Part shown: in pieces, positions 9,801 through 18,946 of the stretch
Numbering within the stretch: position 1 is the stretch's first letter
Layout: each line of letters starts with the position of its first letter
IMG/VR virus record: IMGVR_UViG_3300021379_001249
Location: 1-54,443 of that record
Source of the DNA: a virus
Taxonomy: Duplodnaviria; Caudoviricetes
DNA length: 54,443 nt
Reading direction: 5' to 3' (one strand)
The notes under the pieces: generated by a model
Seen by the model: the letters and a program-made list of their open reading frames with translations, nothing else
Databases searched by the model: none
Told to the model about the DNA's origin: nothing
Made by a program: the position numbers and the translations under genes

Positions 9801-11452
9801 GCATCACCAGACGCTGAGACTGCTCTTGTAGAAGAAGTGCAAGCAATAGAAGCACTTACATCATCTTTAGAACCAACTAATGGAAGTGCAAGAACACAAT
9901 TTGATGCATATTGATCTGCTTTAGTATTATCAGTAGTCACACTGATAGCACCATTCATAGCACTGGCGTGTGCTGTGCAATAGTAGTATAAAGTATCTGG
10001 TGCATCATGAGGAACAGTAATCGTGATTACATTTGAAACAGAAGTATTTGTTCCAGTGGTATATGCGGTTGTGCTTGAATCTGGATTTGTTGATGAAAAT
10101 CTGAGGGGGTGACTAGCATGACTTGTATAATCAAATCTGTAGGTAGCACCTCTAATGAATTCTAATGATGGATTATCGCCTGATGTTATATCAAACTGAT
10201 ATACACTTCCGTTAGCAGTTGTTACGGTGTAAAATTTATTCTCTTTACTTCCAAATACACCAACTCCTGCTGTAGTTCCACCTTGAGTTGTATTCAGAAT
10301 AGGTCTTGCACCAGATACTTGTGGGTTATCAAGTGCTACTGAACCACCAAAGTTTACTGGTGTCCAGTCATTTCCATTTCCAATTCGATCCTCACCGATT
10401 GGTGCAGATCCATCAAACGGGAGGTAGAAAGAATTATCTGCTGCCGCATCAACAAGCATGTAACCATTTACTTTAATGTAAGTAATACCAGGTCTATTGC
10501 CAGATTGAGCAACCATTGTCATGGTGTTAAAACTGCCAACAGTACCTGTCCAAATTGAATTTGATCCACTATATGTTAGTGTTGTTCCGTCAATTGTAAC
10601 TGTGGTTTGTCCATCATTAAATCCTTTGTATTCAATTTCAAAAGGTCCCTGCCCAAAATTTGGCGAAAATGTTAATGTTCCTTGAAGTGTATCAAGAGCG
10701 ATACTTGTTGCTGCACTTCCATCAAATCCATTAGATTTTGGATTAGAATTGCGCCAAGGTCCATCTGATGGACTTAGTTGATTACTAAATGTTACACCAT
10801 AAAATCTTTTATCGTGTTTATATTTTTTAGGTTTCCAAGTGTTTGTGAGTGGATCAGTAAATCCAAAGTTTTCAGGTCCAAGTGCTGCTCCATCTATGAA
10901 ATAGACCTGTGACATCGCATCGTTCCATTCCCTATCATTATTATAGGGAGTAGATGTTCCAATTCTATGAACTATACTATTTTCATTATATGGAAGTTCA
11001 AAATTCTGAGTTGGATTTGAACTTGACGTGCTCCAAACAGTTATAAGTTCTCCATTTACATAAATTTTTGTTCTATCAACTGCTGCTGCTTCTGTAGTGT
11101 CACATGTCCAAACCACATGATACCAACCAGTATCTCTAAAAACTTGTGAGGTTACTTTAAAGTTTTCTGCTCCTCCAGCATACCTTAGTTTATCATTATC
11201 ATCAAAATCTAATGAAAGATAATTTGAGTTGGAAAGACCGCTTGATGGTCCTACCATGAAAAAAGATTTCTTTCTACCAAAATCTCCCTGTCTAACCCAA
11301 CTACTGTGAGTCCAGGTCCTTCTATTTCCGCCAGTAAAAGTTCTAATTAAGTGTTGGCTTTTAGATTGATCAAACTTTAAACTACCATCAATAACCTGAG
11401 CACCACTAGCAGCACTCTGTCCAATAATCGGTGCAGAAAAAACTCTTGCCAT
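6884..11452 (-). CDS. Large multidomain adhesin (LamG/ConA-like x3, cupredoxin-like, SPRY-like, C-terminal repeat domain)
   Basis: Three W.H......Y.NG/DG LamG-like motifs; HPLRF..YYYCTAH..M; GKWFVE..GDVVG..NGVDQG SPRY-like motif; FAWIK.R..H.LYD..RG C-terminal block. Confidence 0.75.
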   Translation of the reverse strand: MARVFSAPIIGQSAASGAQVIDGSLKFDQSKSQHLIRTFTGGNRRTWTHSSWVRQGDFGRKKSFFMVGPSSGLSNSNYLSLDFDDNDKLRYAGGAENFKVTSQVFRDTGWYHVVWTCDTTEAAAVDRTKIYVNGELITVWSTSSSNPTQNFELPYNENSIVHRIGTSTPYNNDREWNDAMSQVYFIDGAALGPENFGFTDPLTNTWKPKKYKHDKRFYGVTFSNQLSPSDGPWRNSNPKSNGFDGSAATSIALDTLQGTLTFSPNFGQGPFEIEYKGFNDGQTTVTIDGTTLTYSGSNSIWTGTVGSFNTMTMVAQSGNRPGITYIKVNGYMLVDAAADNSFYLPFDGSAPIGEDRIGNGNDWTPVNFGGSVALDNPQVSGARPILNTTQGGTTAGVGVFGSKENKFYTVTTANGSVYQFDITSGDNPSLEFIRGATYRFDYTSHASHPLRFSSTNPDSSTTAYTTGTNTSVSNVITITVPHDAPDTLYYYCTAHASAMNGAISVTTDNTKADQYASNCVLALPLVGSKDDVSASIACTSSTRAVSASGDAAAANESSNFYSGSFEFDGTGDYLDVTESDNCFDFGTGDFTIELWAFLDNNNELIGTANNSAFLGSNKGGWVIRRFDEGIKFNYQYNSSWVFENTFGSEGAKDKWNHIAITRSGSTIRCFSNGVQQGSDYTSSANIVSTEGYCRVGGGYNSTSLLVDGYLQDVRIYKGVAKYTSDFVVPATSPDILPDTPSGVSGSSKLAKIADGAVSFDGTNDDLSIADSSDFTFGTNDFTIEFFRYKFENAVDTYVSKYGSGNSTRTFWFGQGSDGTEQFYWYNGSSAYSISSSASFPINRWSHLAAVKNSGTMTLYVDGVAQVSTTSNVNVSLNDTTENVRIGGEDTGTYDYNGFISNVRIVNGSAVYTSNFTPPAAPLTNVTNTKLLCCQSNSSATAAAVTPGTITANGDAAATNFNPFNTDINTVRGQETGYNTFSPLLNRGNNTLSDGNTFVTGGSNWNTTLCTGVIESGKWFVELTHKGRQSASDNDIQFGLFGLNDSEDGYPLASTKDLAAQSTGYVIVDAQAQWYNNSSSTSYGTTWSTPGDVVGLRYNADTGKLGFIINGVDQGDISSTLSTSQRWAVGISLRGGGAKAEINFGQKPFKFPPPDGFQPLNTANTRPETVISRPDQYVGIATWTGDGTNNRVIQAPIDADFAWIKFRNQAYSHSLYDTVRGNNKRLVSNSTGTEGTVSFSFLENKSIQISGASDTSQNDNNEPLVGWFWRAGGNKNTFNVDDEGFASAAAAGLTAGDTTIAGASVGTKQGFSIIKYTGPNDTSAHEVAHGLSQAPDFIITKNLDNTYNWDIYHSALGDNQYLIFTSSGTDSGRFSGRPTSTVFKTAHSYSTNENEDYIAYCWHDVPGLQKFGTYTGNGNSDGNYIELGFRPSLVIIKCLESQNWILHDSVREPSNPVSLQLYPSINNAEYDFSGNAKDLLSNGFKLRGTNAGTNDTDGTTKYVYAAWAEAPSIDLFGGGANAR

Positions 11453-11465
11453 TTATCTATCCCCC

Positions 11466-12803
11466 TCAGCTAAAGTTAAGTGCTGCTGTTGTAAGAACTT
11501 GTGTTCCTGCTGCTCCTACTCGATGGACAGTAAATGATAATTGACTTATCGTCCCACTGGCAGTAGGTAATGATGGTTCTGAACCTGACGGGAATAGGAA
11601 GTATGTAGAGAACCCAACAGTTGCAATACCTGTGTTCACAATAGTGATGACATGAGTTGCATACTCTGTGCCACCTTTACAATCAATAGTTGCTAAACCA
11701 GATACATTTACTTTGTGAACATCTTTTGAAAGATCTAATGTGGCAATGGATTGATCAGTTGCGGTAATTGATTCGGTGCTAAGTCCAACTGATATTCCTG
11801 TTAAGTTGCTGCCATCACCTTCAAATGATGTGGCAGTTAATGCACCCGTTGATGAATTAAAGGTAAGATTGGTGCCAGTTTTTGCTTCAAGTCCTGTGCC
11901 GGTTGCATCAGTTGTAAAGAGAACATTACATGAAGTATCACTTGACTCATCTACAACATTAAAACCTGCTGCAATGTTTGATTGAGTAATAACAGAGTTA
12001 CCCATCAGTGAGTGATTAGTACACTGATAGTGAAGAACTGCTGGTGTTGTGTCACTTACTGTAATTTCAGTGTAAGCATTATCAAAGGTTACGCCTGTAG
12101 AGTATAATGTTGTCTTGTCTGCTTCAAGATAAAACTTGAGTGGATGACTACCAGTATTATCGTTAGTAAATCTATATGTTCTACCAGGAGTTAATGTAAT
12201 AACTGGTGCTTGTAAGTTATCAATAACATATCCATTACTGCTACCAGATCCATTGTATCTGTGCGTAGAGTCTTTAGTCGCTACTGTTACTGTGTAAGTA
12301 ACTGTTCCACCACCTGCTTGTCCGAGAGAACCATCATAAGTCAATCTATCCTCAAATGTACCAATACCCGTTACATCAACACCATTTGCAAGAACTTGAA
12401 TACCCTGTTGGGCAGTAATGATACCAACAGAATCAATATGCTCTACATCTTGATAAGTTAATGTACCACCAATGGTTACATTACCGCTAAAAGAACCAGA
12501 TGCTGCTGTTACAGAACCAACGGTGATGTTAGGAGTACCCGTAAGTCCTTGAGCATTTACAGCAAGAGTAGCATTGCTTGCTGTTCCAGTAAGATTACCA
12601 ACAACACCACCGGATGCAGTGGTAACACCAGTAATTTTAACGCCACTTAAAAATGTTGCTTCAGTTGCAGTCTGAATATTATCTGTGCTTGCAACACCCG
12701 TTAAACCTTCTCCACTTCCCACAAAAGAAGACGCGGTAATCACACCCGCTACATTTATATTGCCACTCAGTGGATTTAATAGTTGTACCTTCTTCTGTGA
12801 CAT
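11466..12803 (-). CDS. Tail fibre 'carrier' protein with cupredoxin-like insert
   Basis: Shaft repeats GTLTYQDV..IDSVGIITAQQG; HPLKF..LHYQCTNHSLMG; C-terminal FPSG.EP.L.TA..SF..NFS domain. Confidence 0.75.
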   Translation of the reverse strand: MSQKKVQLLNPLSGNINVAGVITASSFVGSGEGLTGVASTDNIQTATEATFLSGVKITGVTTASGGVVGNLTGTASNATLAVNAQGLTGTPNITVGSVTAASGSFSGNVTIGGTLTYQDVEHIDSVGIITAQQGIQVLANGVDVTGIGTFEDRLTYDGSLGQAGGGTVTYTVTVATKDSTHRYNGSGSSNGYVIDNLQAPVITLTPGRTYRFTNDNTGSHPLKFYLEADKTTLYSTGVTFDNAYTEITVSDTTPAVLHYQCTNHSLMGNSVITQSNIAAGFNVVDESSDTSCNVLFTTDATGTGLEAKTGTNLTFNSSTGALTATSFEGDGSNLTGISVGLSTESITATDQSIATLDLSKDVHKVNVSGLATIDCKGGTEYATHVITIVNTGIATVGFSTYFLFPSGSEPSLPTASGTISQLSFTVHRVGAAGTQVLTTAALNFS

Positions 12804-12823
12804 TATACCACTATTTTTTTAGT

Positions 12824-12829
12824 TATTTA
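12824..12829 (-). promoter_or_regulatory. T4-type late promoter (TAAATA)
   Basis: Intergenic, upstream of 11466-12803. Confidence 0.65.
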
Positions 12830-12831
12830 GG

Positions 12832-15255
12832 TTAGCGTGCAATGCCGCCATTCGCTTGGAATGGATTTTCAGCAAATGCGGCGTAGATGTAGGTGTTGCC
12901 GCTCAGATTAGGTACAGTGCCACCGCTTGATCTGATCTTGATGCCATTGCTTAAAAAATCGCACCTATCAGTAGTGCTATATTCAGCATTGTTGTTGTTA
13001 GGTTGCAAACCTGTAGTTACAACGTTATCAATATCTCTTGATGAGTCATAGATATTCCAAGGTTGGGTTGCGTCAGCGTTTTTCACGAAAAAGAAAGCCG
13101 GCCTGAATCCTAAATTCAAGAACGGACCATCAGCGTCATTATTCCCTTCATATGTGCCAAAGGCACTATACGATTCGATAGCCTTAAAGCAGAAGGCGAT
13201 GTGATCTCCAGTGTTTGGATCGTAGCTAAATACAGAACTGTTCACAGTCCCAAATGACGTTGTAGTTTCTACGGCGTTTGTTTGATTTAGGCGCATCTGT
13301 TTGCCAGTACCTAATGCACTATGGTAAACATACCAATCCTCTGATCCACCGCTAGCCCGCTTAATCCAAATCATATCGGGGGTATCGCCCAAGCCGTGCC
13401 CCAGAGTTTTAGTGCCTGTCGTCATACTTGGCGCTTGCACAATGGAAAACCCAGCTGTTGTGTTGGCTCTTACATTTGTAGTAAAATTGCCATTAGTGTT
13501 GCTGACCGTTGACGATCCAGCGTCCCAACACCAAGCACAAAATGTCCCGCTGCTTTGGTTTACGTCATCAGAATTGCCTAATGTAAATCCATCGCTGTCA
13601 AAACTTGTCACCATCCCCGTGCCAGTCCCTGGGACGCCAGATGAATTAGTAACAGCAAACTTATTTGCACCTCGTATAGTGTCAAAAATCAAGTTGTTTC
13701 TGGTTGTGTTTCTTTGCTTAATCCAAACAAGGTCTGGGCTGAAAGAAAATTCACTCCGCTCATGTGTTGAACCTGTGCCTGTATAGAGGTCTATGTCAAA
13801 ATAATCCGAACCATCGGCAATAGTAGGTGTAGGCAGTGAAGTTGTCGTAAGACACTTATGATTAGTTGGAGCTGAATGAGAAAATTCACGCTGCCCCCAG
13901 TTTGCAACAACCGTTTGTGCTGCGTTGTTAGCATTGTCTCCTACATAAGGAAAATATGTTCCGCTTGGTAGACTTGTCGTTGCATTGCCTTGTGAAACTC
14001 CATTCTTGTAAAACGCCAACGTACTATTGTCTAGATCCAACGCAACGCCAATAATATCTCCCGTCGTGTAACTATCTCCGTAAGAGGAATCAGCACTGCT
14101 CAACCACTTATTTCCATTGTAACTACTGTAGAAATATGCACCGGCACTGGTTGGACTTGCTGCATCAGGACTTAAAGATCCTAAGGCAACACCAATGGCT
14201 GCGTTTGTATTTCCATCAGCACTTGTGAGTTCAACTTCCCAGTAATATTTTCCACTAGACACACCAATACTTCCAAAAACACCGTCTTTGGGAGAACTTG
14301 TGGTAGCAGCCTGAAGATTGCCGTTTGACAGAGTTACATCGTTGCCTTTGTTAAGAGAATTGAAAACACAGTAGTTCCCGATAACTTCTCCACCGGCACC
14401 GGAGTCAGTGTTCTCAGTATCATTTGTTGGAAAGTCAAACAGAACATCATTACCTGAACCTGCTGCTTCACTAAAACCATTTGCTGTAAAGTTATTGCCA
14501 TTCCCACTAGTGTCGTTGCCAATTGTTCCATCATTTGCAAAATCTAAAAGGTGAAAACCGTTTGTTCCATATGATCCACTATAAGTCGATCTTTGCCATA
14601 CTCCGTTTGAGTCAGCAGCCCCGAATGATCCGGGGGTAAGTTGAGATCCATCAACAAAATGTACATCGGTTATGAGGCCATTCATCACATTTGTGCCAGA
14701 ATTATAACTGATGTAATGAACATGATTTGAATCATTCATGTTGGTGTTGATACTATCACCGGGGAAGTTAGTGCTTGTCTGAAGAGATTGTTCAACACCA
14801 TTTACGTAAATTCTAACCCTGTTATTACTAACACCTTGAGTGGTATCTACTGCACAAACAACATGATACCATGCACTAAAATCTCTAAATACAGCGTCTG
14901 TATAAACATAGAAGTTATCACCCCCATACTGATCAAGGCTAATCCTATAATCTTGTCCGCCACCTGTTCCACGAAATTTTAAAAGAGTGTAGTCACTACC
15001 ACCAGTCGATGCTCTAAACAAACTATCACGGCTGGTATCACCACATCTTTTTACCCAACCACTCCAAGTCCATGTCGTGCGATTAGTTGTGGAACTTGGA
15101 GTGCGATTTAGATAAGTTGAGGTGTCGGTAAAACGAAGTGAACGATTTCCTAAAGTAACACCAGAACTAAGAAGAGCCTGCTGAAAAGCACCACCTCCCA
15201 TTCCACCCATAGTGAGCATGGGTTTTTCTTTCTTGTGCCAATTATTATCTATCAT
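12832..15255 (-). CDS. Adhesin (LamG-like + SPRY-like + C-terminal repeat domain) with KKExP-GMGGG N-terminus
   Basis: Paralogous to the termini of 6884-11452; SGKYYWEV SPRY motif; PDLVWIK repeats; ends NGGIAR. Confidence 0.75.
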   Translation of the reverse strand: MIDNNWHKKEKPMLTMGGMGGGAFQQALLSSGVTLGNRSLRFTDTSTYLNRTPSSTTNRTTWTWSGWVKRCGDTSRDSLFRASTGGSDYTLLKFRGTGGGQDYRISLDQYGGDNFYVYTDAVFRDFSAWYHVVCAVDTTQGVSNNRVRIYVNGVEQSLQTSTNFPGDSINTNMNDSNHVHYISYNSGTNVMNGLITDVHFVDGSQLTPGSFGAADSNGVWQRSTYSGSYGTNGFHLLDFANDGTIGNDTSGNGNNFTANGFSEAAGSGNDVLFDFPTNDTENTDSGAGGEVIGNYCVFNSLNKGNDVTLSNGNLQAATTSSPKDGVFGSIGVSSGKYYWEVELTSADGNTNAAIGVALGSLSPDAASPTSAGAYFYSSYNGNKWLSSADSSYGDSYTTGDIIGVALDLDNSTLAFYKNGVSQGNATTSLPSGTYFPYVGDNANNAAQTVVANWGQREFSHSAPTNHKCLTTTSLPTPTIADGSDYFDIDLYTGTGSTHERSEFSFSPDLVWIKQRNTTRNNLIFDTIRGANKFAVTNSSGVPGTGTGMVTSFDSDGFTLGNSDDVNQSSGTFCAWCWDAGSSTVSNTNGNFTTNVRANTTAGFSIVQAPSMTTGTKTLGHGLGDTPDMIWIKRASGGSEDWYVYHSALGTGKQMRLNQTNAVETTTSFGTVNSSVFSYDPNTGDHIAFCFKAIESYSAFGTYEGNNDADGPFLNLGFRPAFFFVKNADATQPWNIYDSSRDIDNVVTTGLQPNNNNAEYSTTDRCDFLSNGIKIRSSGGTVPNLSGNTYIYAAFAENPFQANGGIAR

Positions 15256-15269
15256 TTTTTACCTCAATA

Positions 15270-16661
15270 TTAAGCGAAGTTTGCAACATTAGCAAGAACT
15301 GTATATGTAGCATCACCTGTTTTAATTATATTGTAAGTATAATAGTCATTTCCTGAACTACCACCTGCAGAAGGAGCACTACCACCATTCCATTTTTCAG
15401 TGACAGCAGATCCATCAATAGTTAGTTGAGCAGAATAACCTGCTGCTGCAGCAGTGGTGATTATGGTAACTGATATAGCATCACCAGTTGCCATTACAGA
15501 GTTTAATGTAGTTGACGAGTTAACTCTAATGTTAGGTGTTGCTGTTGTTGTCTCTGTTGTAGTAAACAGATGTGCCATTCCATCTTCAAGATCAATATTA
15601 GTATTATCGCTTAACTTACCAGCAGTAATATTGATTCTTTCAAGTAGTTCACCATTATTAAAGTGAATACCACCACCTGAGGTGATACGCATTTTTTCCG
15701 ACATCGCACTACCATTATGAGTTAAGAATGCAATATCACCTGTGCGACTTGAGTGACTTTTATTAATAAAGTCAATTTGACTTACAACAAGACCATTCGA
15801 GTTGTATCCTCCTATGTTAGAGAAATTATTATCGGTGGAATTAAGATTGGCAAGAGATAATGCTCCACCAGCATTAGCTGCCAAATTGGTGCTGCTACTG
15901 ACACCTGAAAGACTAACAAATCCGCTACTAAGTCTTGATCCTGCAGTGGTAAGAGCCGTAGTAGTCTTCGCAACTAAAACATTACCGCTTGCATCAAATC
16001 TGGCTACTTCGGATCCCAGTGATCCATTTGACACCGGGAAAAACTTTAGAGCACTAGAAGTAGCACCATCTGATCCAAAAAGTCTATAACCATACTCAGC
16101 ACCAGATGATCCACGAGTAATTTCAACCGAAGCATTTGCTGTTGCATTATTAACGCTTAATTCTGCGTTAGGATTTTCATTTCCGATACCAATCAAACCA
16201 GTAGAAGTTACACGAAGTCTCTCAGTGCCATTAGTGTTTATTGTAAAAGTGCCAGTAGAAGGGAATCTAATAGAAGTATCAGTATCACCAGTGTGCAGAA
16301 TAGAGTCTGCAATAGAAACGTTACTCTTGAATGTGCTTACTCCAGTAACATCAAGTCCATTTGCTAGGACTTGGATACCCTGCTGTGCAGTGATAATACC
16401 AACAGCATCAATATGACTTACATCTTGATAAGTTAATGTTCCGCCAACAGATACGTTACCACTAAAAGCACCAGATGCTGCTGTTACAGAACCAACTGTT
16501 ATGTTTGGAGTACCAGTAAGTCCAGAAGCATTTGTCGCTGTTCCAGTGACATCTCCTGTCAGATTACCAGAAAACGAAGATGCTGTAATAATACCAACAC
16601 TCAAATCTTCAGTTGTTGATAATGCGGTAGTAAAACCAGCTAAGTCTGATATTCTAGACAT
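15270..16661 (-). CDS. Tail fibre 'carrier' protein with conserved C-terminal domain
   Basis: ERLRVTS.G.IGIG fibre repeats; C-term TTATPNI..AAAAGY..IDG..W.GGSAP.AGG.SG.D.Y.Y.IIKT..YTVLA shared with 18119-18898 and 25502-28036. Confidence 0.75.
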   Translation of the reverse strand: MSRISDLAGFTTALSTTEDLSVGIITASSFSGNLTGDVTGTATNASGLTGTPNITVGSVTAASGAFSGNVSVGGTLTYQDVSHIDAVGIITAQQGIQVLANGLDVTGVSTFKSNVSIADSILHTGDTDTSIRFPSTGTFTINTNGTERLRVTSTGLIGIGNENPNAELSVNNATANASVEITRGSSGAEYGYRLFGSDGATSSALKFFPVSNGSLGSEVARFDASGNVLVAKTTTALTTAGSRLSSGFVSLSGVSSSTNLAANAGGALSLANLNSTDNNFSNIGGYNSNGLVVSQIDFINKSHSSRTGDIAFLTHNGSAMSEKMRITSGGGIHFNNGELLERINITAGKLSDNTNIDLEDGMAHLFTTTETTTATPNIRVNSSTTLNSVMATGDAISVTIITTAAAAGYSAQLTIDGSAVTEKWNGGSAPSAGGSSGNDYYTYNIIKTGDATYTVLANVANFA

Positions 16662-16678
16662 TCTATTGCCTTTCTAGT

Positions 16679-16700
16679 TATTTATCTGCTGGTTTATTTA
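16679..16700 (-). promoter_or_regulatory. Two tandem T4-type late promoters (TAAATA)
   Basis: At 16679-16684 and 16695-16700, upstream of 15270-16661. Confidence 0.6.
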
Positions 16701-16749
16701 TTGATACTAAGCAATGGCGAGGAATATATAAATGCCACTTCTTTAATTG

Positions 16750-18105
16750 TTAAATTTTGGTGACATCTTCTGTAAGAGTAGCCGCCGCATCAGTTAATGT
16801 TGAAGTTGATTCAGTAGGACTTCCTTTTGCACTTGAAGTTGATAAACTCGGAGTACCTCCAGTCAATGATCCTGCAGATTCAGTTAGAGTTGTAGCTTGA
16901 TATGTAAATGAACCATATGTTCCGGTTTTTGAACCATCACTAGGAAGTTTTGCAATAAAAATATCATCACTACCTTCACCATCCGAGGCAGTGTACCCAC
17001 TGACATACATGTTATCACCAACTACTTTAATACCCAGTCCATAATCTCCACCTGATCCTCCCAACGCTCGTTGAAACTGAAGTGTCCCTGAACTATTCCA
17101 TTTTGCAATGAAAATATCTCTACTTCCGGCACCAACACCACTTAAGTATCCACATACATAAACATTATCATCACTATCAGTCGTGATAGCATTTGGAACA
17201 TAACGGCTATATTGAGTTATTCTACGCTGCCACTGAATTGTTCCTGAACTATTATATTTTACTACTTCAGTATCTTCATAAACTCCATCATTGAACTGAA
17301 CTGCTACATAGACATTTCCTGAAGTGTCTACCGCAACTCCATGCCTGGCAGGTAAGTCACCAGTAGATGAAGAAAGAGATCTTTGCCATACTATATTTGT
17401 ACTACTATTAAGTTTTGCAAGCCAGAAATCAAAAGAAGACGATCCTCCATCATAATAACCAGCAATATATTGATCGGAACCATATACCGCTATTGAATTG
17501 CCATATGAATTACCGCCATTATCAAAACTCCTCTGTATTTGTATGGTGCCAGAACTATTTCGCTTATAAATTGCAATCGCGGCTAAGTTAGATGAATTAG
17601 CACGGACGCCTGCTGCATAGACATTATCAGAACTATCAATAGCTATTGAGTATAAGTAATCACTTAGTGTTGTACCATTTACTTTTTGCCACTGAAGAGT
17701 TCCAGAATTATTATATTTTACCATTAAGGTATCATTACTTCCAGGACCCTCTGATACGGTAAGTCCACATACGTAAACATCATCAGAACTGCCAATAACT
17801 ACGCCATAAAATTGATCTTGACTGGTTCCCCCCAATGTTCTTTGCCACTCCAAAGAACCAAGATTATCAAACTTTGCTATGTATGCACTTTTATCTCCAG
17901 GACCCGCTGAACTAGTTCTCCCTACAACAAATATATTTTCATTACTATCAATTGCTATGTCTTGTCCCCTTTCTTCACTGCTACCACCAAGAGTTGCAAT
18001 CCAATATTCAGAACCACCACCTACTAAACTACTTCCAACACCACCACCCATTCCAAGCAAATTGAGAAATGGTGATTCCTTTTTATAATGCTTAGTCAAA
18101 TTCAT
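16750..18105 (-). CDS. Beta-propeller adhesin (SBBP/NHL-like repeats) with KKExP-GMGGG N-terminus
   Basis: Repeats of IAIDS.DNVYV.G...D..IAKYNSSGT.QWQR. Confidence 0.75.
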   Translation of the reverse strand: MNLTKHYKKESPFLNLLGMGGGVGSSLVGGGSEYWIATLGGSSEERGQDIAIDSNENIFVVGRTSSAGPGDKSAYIAKFDNLGSLEWQRTLGGTSQDQFYGVVIGSSDDVYVCGLTVSEGPGSNDTLMVKYNNSGTLQWQKVNGTTLSDYLYSIAIDSSDNVYAAGVRANSSNLAAIAIYKRNSSGTIQIQRSFDNGGNSYGNSIAVYGSDQYIAGYYDGGSSSFDFWLAKLNSSTNIVWQRSLSSSTGDLPARHGVAVDTSGNVYVAVQFNDGVYEDTEVVKYNSSGTIQWQRRITQYSRYVPNAITTDSDDNVYVCGYLSGVGAGSRDIFIAKWNSSGTLQFQRALGGSGGDYGLGIKVVGDNMYVSGYTASDGEGSDDIFIAKLPSDGSKTGTYGSFTYQATTLTESAGSLTGGTPSLSTSSAKGSPTESTSTLTDAAATLTEDVTKI

Positions 18106-18118
18106 ATTTTATCTCCTA

Positions 18119-18898
18119 TCAAGCCAAGTTAGTAACATTAGCGAGAACTGTGTATGTAGAATCGGCAGTTTTGATTATACTGTAAGAGTATAAATCTTTT
18201 CCACTTGCTCCACCAGCAGTGGGAGCACTTCCTCCATTCCAAACGAGCTCACCACCATTTGTTCCCACAGTGACACCATCAATATGAACTGTCGCTGCAT
18301 AACCAGCAGCTGCGGCAGAAGTAATAATAGAAACAGAGAATGCTTCTCCTATTTTAACATCGGTATTGATACCTGTTCCTGACATAATATTAGGAGTTGC
18401 TGTTGTTGTCTCGGTTGTGGTGAACAAATGAGACATTCCATTATCAAGATTGATATTTGGAGCAGCACTTAATTTATTTGCAACAACATTCACTTGCTCT
18501 CTTAACAGTCCAGCAAAATCAACATTAGTTGCTTGCAAACCAGCAGAAGATGTTGTGACTGCGGCACCAGTAAGTTCGCCAGTAACATTACCAGTAACAT
18601 TACCAGTAATGTTGCCAGAGAATGATGTTGCAGTAACAACACCAGTGACACTTACACCAGTCTTAAACGTGGAGAAACCAGTGATATCAAGTCCATTAGC
18701 AAGCACTTGAACACCCTGTTGTGCTGTAATGATACCAATGGAATCAATATTATTAACATCTTGATATGTTAGTGTACCAGCAATACTAACATTGCCAGAA
18801 AAAGTTGCTGCAGTGCCTGTGACATTAAGTCCATCAGGAAAGTCAGGTGCTCCCGTACCCAGTCTATTAGAGTAATTATCCGCTCTTACCTTTGACAT
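18119..18898 (-). CDS. Short tail fibre 'carrier' (RAD-GTGAP N-terminus + conserved C-terminal domain)
   Basis: MSKVRADNYSNRLGTGAPDF; shaft module; C-terminal domain as in 15270-16661. Confidence 0.75.
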   Translation of the reverse strand: MSKVRADNYSNRLGTGAPDFPDGLNVTGTAATFSGNVSIAGTLTYQDVNNIDSIGIITAQQGVQVLANGLDITGFSTFKTGVSVTGVVTATSFSGNITGNVTGNVTGELTGAAVTTSSAGLQATNVDFAGLLREQVNVVANKLSAAPNINLDNGMSHLFTTTETTTATPNIMSGTGINTDVKIGEAFSVSIITSAAAAGYAATVHIDGVTVGTNGGELVWNGGSAPTAGGASGKDLYSYSIIKTADSTYTVLANVTNLA

Positions 18899-18931
18899 TT
18901 GGGTTCACTCTCCCCCAATAGATTTTTTTAT

Positions 18932-18939
18932 TATTTATA
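18932..18939 (-). promoter_or_regulatory. T4 late promoter, full consensus TATAAATA
   Basis: Upstream of 18119-18898. Confidence 0.75.
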
Positions 18940-18946
18940 ACTCAAC

